Positions 37,606-40,193 of a stretch of 40,193 nt of DNA are shown here, in pieces (position 1 is the stretch's first letter; every line of letters starts with the position of its first letter). The stretch lies in the IMG/VR virus record IMGVR_UViG_2671180415_000005; one strand, given 5' to 3'. The notes under the pieces were generated by a model, which saw nothing but the letters and a program-made list of their open reading frames with translations, had not been told where the DNA came from and made no database searches. This DNA comes from a virus. Its lineage: Duplodnaviria; Heunggongvirae; Uroviricota; Caudoviricetes. The position numbers were made by a program, and so were the translations under genes.

Positions 37606-37836
37606 TTACGCGACCTTACGAATGTAGCGGCTGGGCCAAATCTCCTCGGGCGGCACCCCCAGGCATTCCGCGATAATCCCCTCATACTTGGGAACATGGC
37701 GGTATACCGCGTTGTACAGATTGTTCTGACCCACGCCAGCTTTACGGGCCAGCGCCCTCATGCTTCCTTCTCTGGCTCTGACTTCCCCCAAAATTCTTTG
37801 AGGATGCCAATCAGGCTTAACTTCATTTCTCGCCAT
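37606..37836 (-). CDS. ner: Ner-like DNA-binding regulator
   Basis: 76 aa; ...DWHPQRILGEVRAREGSMRALARKAGVGQNNLYNAV...EIWPSRY matches Ner/Nlp family. Confidence 0.8.
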   Translation of the reverse strand: MARNEVKPDWHPQRILGEVRAREGSMRALARKAGVGQNNLYNAVYRHVPKYEGIIAECLGVPPEEIWPSRYIRKVA

Positions 37837-38021
37837 GATTCATCTATCCTAAAAAGTTACGAAATTTGATAACTAAACTTAGTTATCAAGTTTGATATAA
37901 GTATTGATCCACTTCTGCTTCATGTAAAGCAAAAAAAACATCTTTCTTTTGTCTATTGTGGATCAATGGTTGCTGACAACACTAAAAGTTAATAATTTCA
38001 AATTGATAGGAAGAAAAGAAA
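37837..38021. promoter_or_regulatory. Divergent immunity control region (operators/promoters between ner and repressor)
   Basis: Perfect palindrome TGATAACTAA-AC-TTAGTTATCA at 37867..37888; inverted 10-mers ATTGATCCAC (37903..37912) and GTGGATCAAT (37959..37968); AT-rich. Confidence 0.6.
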
Positions 38022-38567
38022 ATGAACAAGCAAACAACAACATCTCTTTCTTTTCCTGGTGGTAGAAAAGAAAGCATTGCTGAGCGTCTGAAAAGGCTGA
38101 TTGGCTCCCGCAGCGTCAGAGCTGCAGCAAGAGATTGGGGGCTTTCATTTTCAACACTAAACAATTATCTGTCTCGTGGCACTGAGCCATCCTTAAGTGT
38201 CGCCCTTCAGATTGCGTCTATCGAAGGAGTAAGTGTTGAGTGGCTATGTGGATTCAGTGATGCATCACAAGTGAATCGGTGTGAGATCAAGGAAAATCAA
38301 GATGAAAGCAAGAAGATAATTATGACGATTATCAGCGCACTTGATGAAAAAGACTTAGAGCAGCTATCGAAAAATTTGGTTCTGAATGGAGCCAAGTACT
38401 TAGCTCGGTTGTTAGAGCCTGAAAATCAAGATCTAATCCGCTTAGAAGGAAGGAAAAGAATAGCTGCATTACAGCTTGAAGGTATGTCTGACGAACGCGT
38501 CAGAGAGATTTTGGAAGAAACTGAGAGAAGTCGCAAATCTAACGCGGTAGAACCAAAAGCGGGTTAA
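38022..38567 (+). CDS. Prophage repressor, XRE/Cro-C1-type HTH (functional equivalent of Mu c)
   Basis: 181 aa, divergent from ner/A/B; HTH-like ...SVRAAARDWGLSFSTLNNYLSRGTEPSLSVALQIASIEGVSVEWL; unlike Mu c itself. Confidence 0.65.
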   Translation: MNKQTTTSLSFPGGRKESIAERLKRLIGSRSVRAAARDWGLSFSTLNNYLSRGTEPSLSVALQIASIEGVSVEWLCGFSDASQVNRCEIKENQDESKKIIMTIISALDEKDLEQLSKNLVLNGAKYLARLLEPENQDLIRLEGRKRIAALQLEGMSDERVREILEETERSRKSNAVEPKAG

Positions 38568-38640
38568 TAGCATTAGCCCGCATTTTGCACTATATCGAGT
38601 ATTTCGCATTGTTTGGAACGCCTTAAAAGACTAAAACCAC

Positions 38641-38796
38641 AGTATCAAATGAGTTGCCGATTTTATAATAAATGACTAATTATTGCACAATCGGTATCAA
38701 ATAGACCTTATCCGCACATCTAGCCATCACCTGTTTTATTTCAGTATCTTACAGGTGATTTCACCTCCTTTCACTAAACCCCTTGTCGGTATCAAA
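38641..38796. repeat. Three GGTATCAAA / AGTATCAAA transposase-binding-like repeats at the repressor-proximal (left) prophage end
   Basis: Sites at 38641..38649, 38693..38701, 38788..38796, i.e. about 17, 112 and 164 bp from the inferred end, matching Mu L1/L2/L3 spacing. Confidence 0.6.
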
Positions 38797-38812
38797 TGAT
38801 TCACCTGGTTAT

Positions 38813-38817
38813 AATAC
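38813..38817. repeat. 5-bp target-site duplication AATAC (copy at prophage left-end junction)
   Basis: See 186..190. Confidence 0.6.
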
Positions 38818-38854
38818 CGCTGTGTTTAATAAATTCACGTCTTGTTAATGTCAT
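38813..38854 (-). pseudogene. torZ: torZ 5' fragment (codons 1-14 with Tat motif), separated from the rest of the gene by the prophage
   Basis: Minus strand ATG at 38854 with GGAGG upstream: MTLTRREFIKHSGI, then prophage sequence. Confidence 0.7.
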
Positions 38855-38878
38855 AACTTCCTCCCTGATCAACGAGGA

Positions 38879-39979
38879 TCACTGTTTCTCGGTAATATCT
38901 TTGGCGTTGTACTGGAAATACCGCGTTAAAATGTCCAGTTCGTTTTCGCTCATGCTGGTTCGTGCCCCCATTCCTTTGGCAATGGACGGCCACGCATTGA
39001 CGGTGTAATGGTCGGCGGCAATAGGGGCATGACAACCAGCGCAATAGGTATCGTCAAGTTTTTCAGCGTATTGCCATAGCGGTTTACGGTCCGCTAATCC
39101 GGGATCGGTAAGCGCACCCTGTAAAGACGCCTGACGCCATTGATTGCCGTATTCGTCAGCCTGCCATTCCCCGTTTACCGTGAGCGCCTTGATACCTTCT
39201 TCACTTAATGTGGCTAGCGCCAGCCGTTGACCTGCCGCCAGGTAGAGCGTGTTTTCACTGCCCTGCATTTGATAACCCTGCAACAGAACGATCGGCTGTT
39301 TGCCACTGGCATCAACGACGGTGAGATCGGTACCAGGATTCACGGTAGCCAGCTCGCCTATGCGAGAAGTTTTGAAAGGATAAATATGTGCGCCATTAGT
39401 CACTGAAGTAGCGGCCTGACTTTCCAGCTCATGCGCCGCGTTGTCATCCATTTTTATTTCTGGCGGAAAATGGGCAATGCCTTTATGACAATCGATACAG
39501 GTTTCGCCGCCCTTTTGTGCTTTGTTATGCATTTTCTGCGCAGATTCACTTTGCGAGGCAATATCCATGGCATCAAAAGAATGGCAACTACGGCACGTTG
39601 CAGAGTCAGTTGCTTTTAATTCTTTCCATACTGTTTCGGCCATTTCCTGGCGATGAGTTTCGAACTTATCGTCACTGTCTATTTTGCCGCTAACAAATTC
39701 ATGATAAATATCTTTAGATGCTTTTAATTTAGCAAATAAATAATCCATCCCTGACTTTGGAATATGGCAATCTGCACATTCCGCACGTATCCCTTTCTGG
39801 TTCGAAAAGTGGACAGTTCCCTGATATTCCTCAAAAGATTTACTCATCGAGTGGCAGGAAAGGCAAAATGCTGTATCCGACGTTTTATGTAAGGCTTTTT
39901 GCGCCAGCAATAACCCGCCGCCACCAACCACAACCGCTATCAGCAAAAACAATAACCCAATGCGTTTTTTCCCTCGCAT
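38879..39979 (-). CDS. torY: TorY-like pentaheme c-type cytochrome (NapC/NirT family, membrane-anchored)
   Basis: 366 aa; N-terminal [20 protein letters not shown]; five CXXCH motifs (CLSCH, CADCH, CRSCH, CIDCH, CAGCH); immediately upstream of torZ start. Confidence 0.85.
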   Translation of the reverse strand: MRGKKRIGLLFLLIAVVVGGGGLLLAQKALHKTSDTAFCLSCHSMSKSFEEYQGTVHFSNQKGIRAECADCHIPKSGMDYLFAKLKASKDIYHEFVSGKIDSDDKFETHRQEMAETVWKELKATDSATCRSCHSFDAMDIASQSESAQKMHNKAQKGGETCIDCHKGIAHFPPEIKMDDNAAHELESQAATSVTNGAHIYPFKTSRIGELATVNPGTDLTVVDASGKQPIVLLQGYQMQGSENTLYLAAGQRLALATLSEEGIKALTVNGEWQADEYGNQWRQASLQGALTDPGLADRKPLWQYAEKLDDTYCAGCHAPIAADHYTVNAWPSIAKGMGARTSMSENELDILTRYFQYNAKDITEKQ

Positions 39980-40193
39980 AGATTCCTCTAAATAAATTCC
40001 AGAACACCGGAATCATTGTATAATTAAATACACAACGAATTAACCGCTTGCATAACTCGGCACAACACTGCCTGAAATAATCGATAAAGAATATGATTTA
40101 TTACAATGTAATCATTAATTGCTAAGGAATAACCCAGTTGCTATTTAGAATATATATTTATCAGTTTTAGCAATTTAAATCCCATAATCAATG

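Larger units (their letters stand above)
191..38812 (-). mobile_element. Mu-like transposable prophage (complete, gene order inverted relative to window)
   Basis: Mu-type synteny repressor/ner/A/B/gam/.../lys/terminase/portal/F/G/I/T/sheath/tube/TMP/N/P/Q/V/W/R/S/U/gin/com/mom; terminal TTTGATAC(C) repeats at both ends in inverted orientation; 5-bp TSD; ends inferred from reconstructed torZ frame. Confidence 0.9.

Noticed and set aside
39980-40193. Possible gene start at the very end of the window (ATG at 40191)
   Set aside because: Only three bases available; the AT-rich 200 bp is most simply the torY promoter/upstream region

Overview
The window is almost entirely one Mu-like transposable prophage (about 191..38812, ~38.6 kb) lying in reverse orientation relative to the + strand. 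It is inserted into the 5' end of a torZ-like gene, just downstream of an intact torY-like pentaheme cytochrome gene (38879..39979). A 5-bp direct repeat AATAC flanks the insertion, and a partial IS3-family element (1..125) hits the same torZ remnant a second time about 60 bp further in. Reading from the right: an XRE-type repressor, ner, transposase A, B (interrupted by a 259-bp N gap), an early region including gam and a gemA-like gene, a Mor/C-family activator, a lysis cassette, then the full Mu-like head, tail and baseplate gene set. The left end carries a compact Gin-invertible tail-fiber segment, gin, and com/mom. The part I cannot explain from Mu architecture is a ~3.3 kb cargo block between gin and com/mom, carrying a 684-aa SGNH/SASA-type esterase with a C-terminal beta-rich domain plus small unknown genes. 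A second AT-rich accessory patch sits in the early region (29.8-30.6 kb). No rRNA, tRNA or CRISPR was seen. All family assignments rest on reading the translated ORFs and on remembered family features; no search was run.
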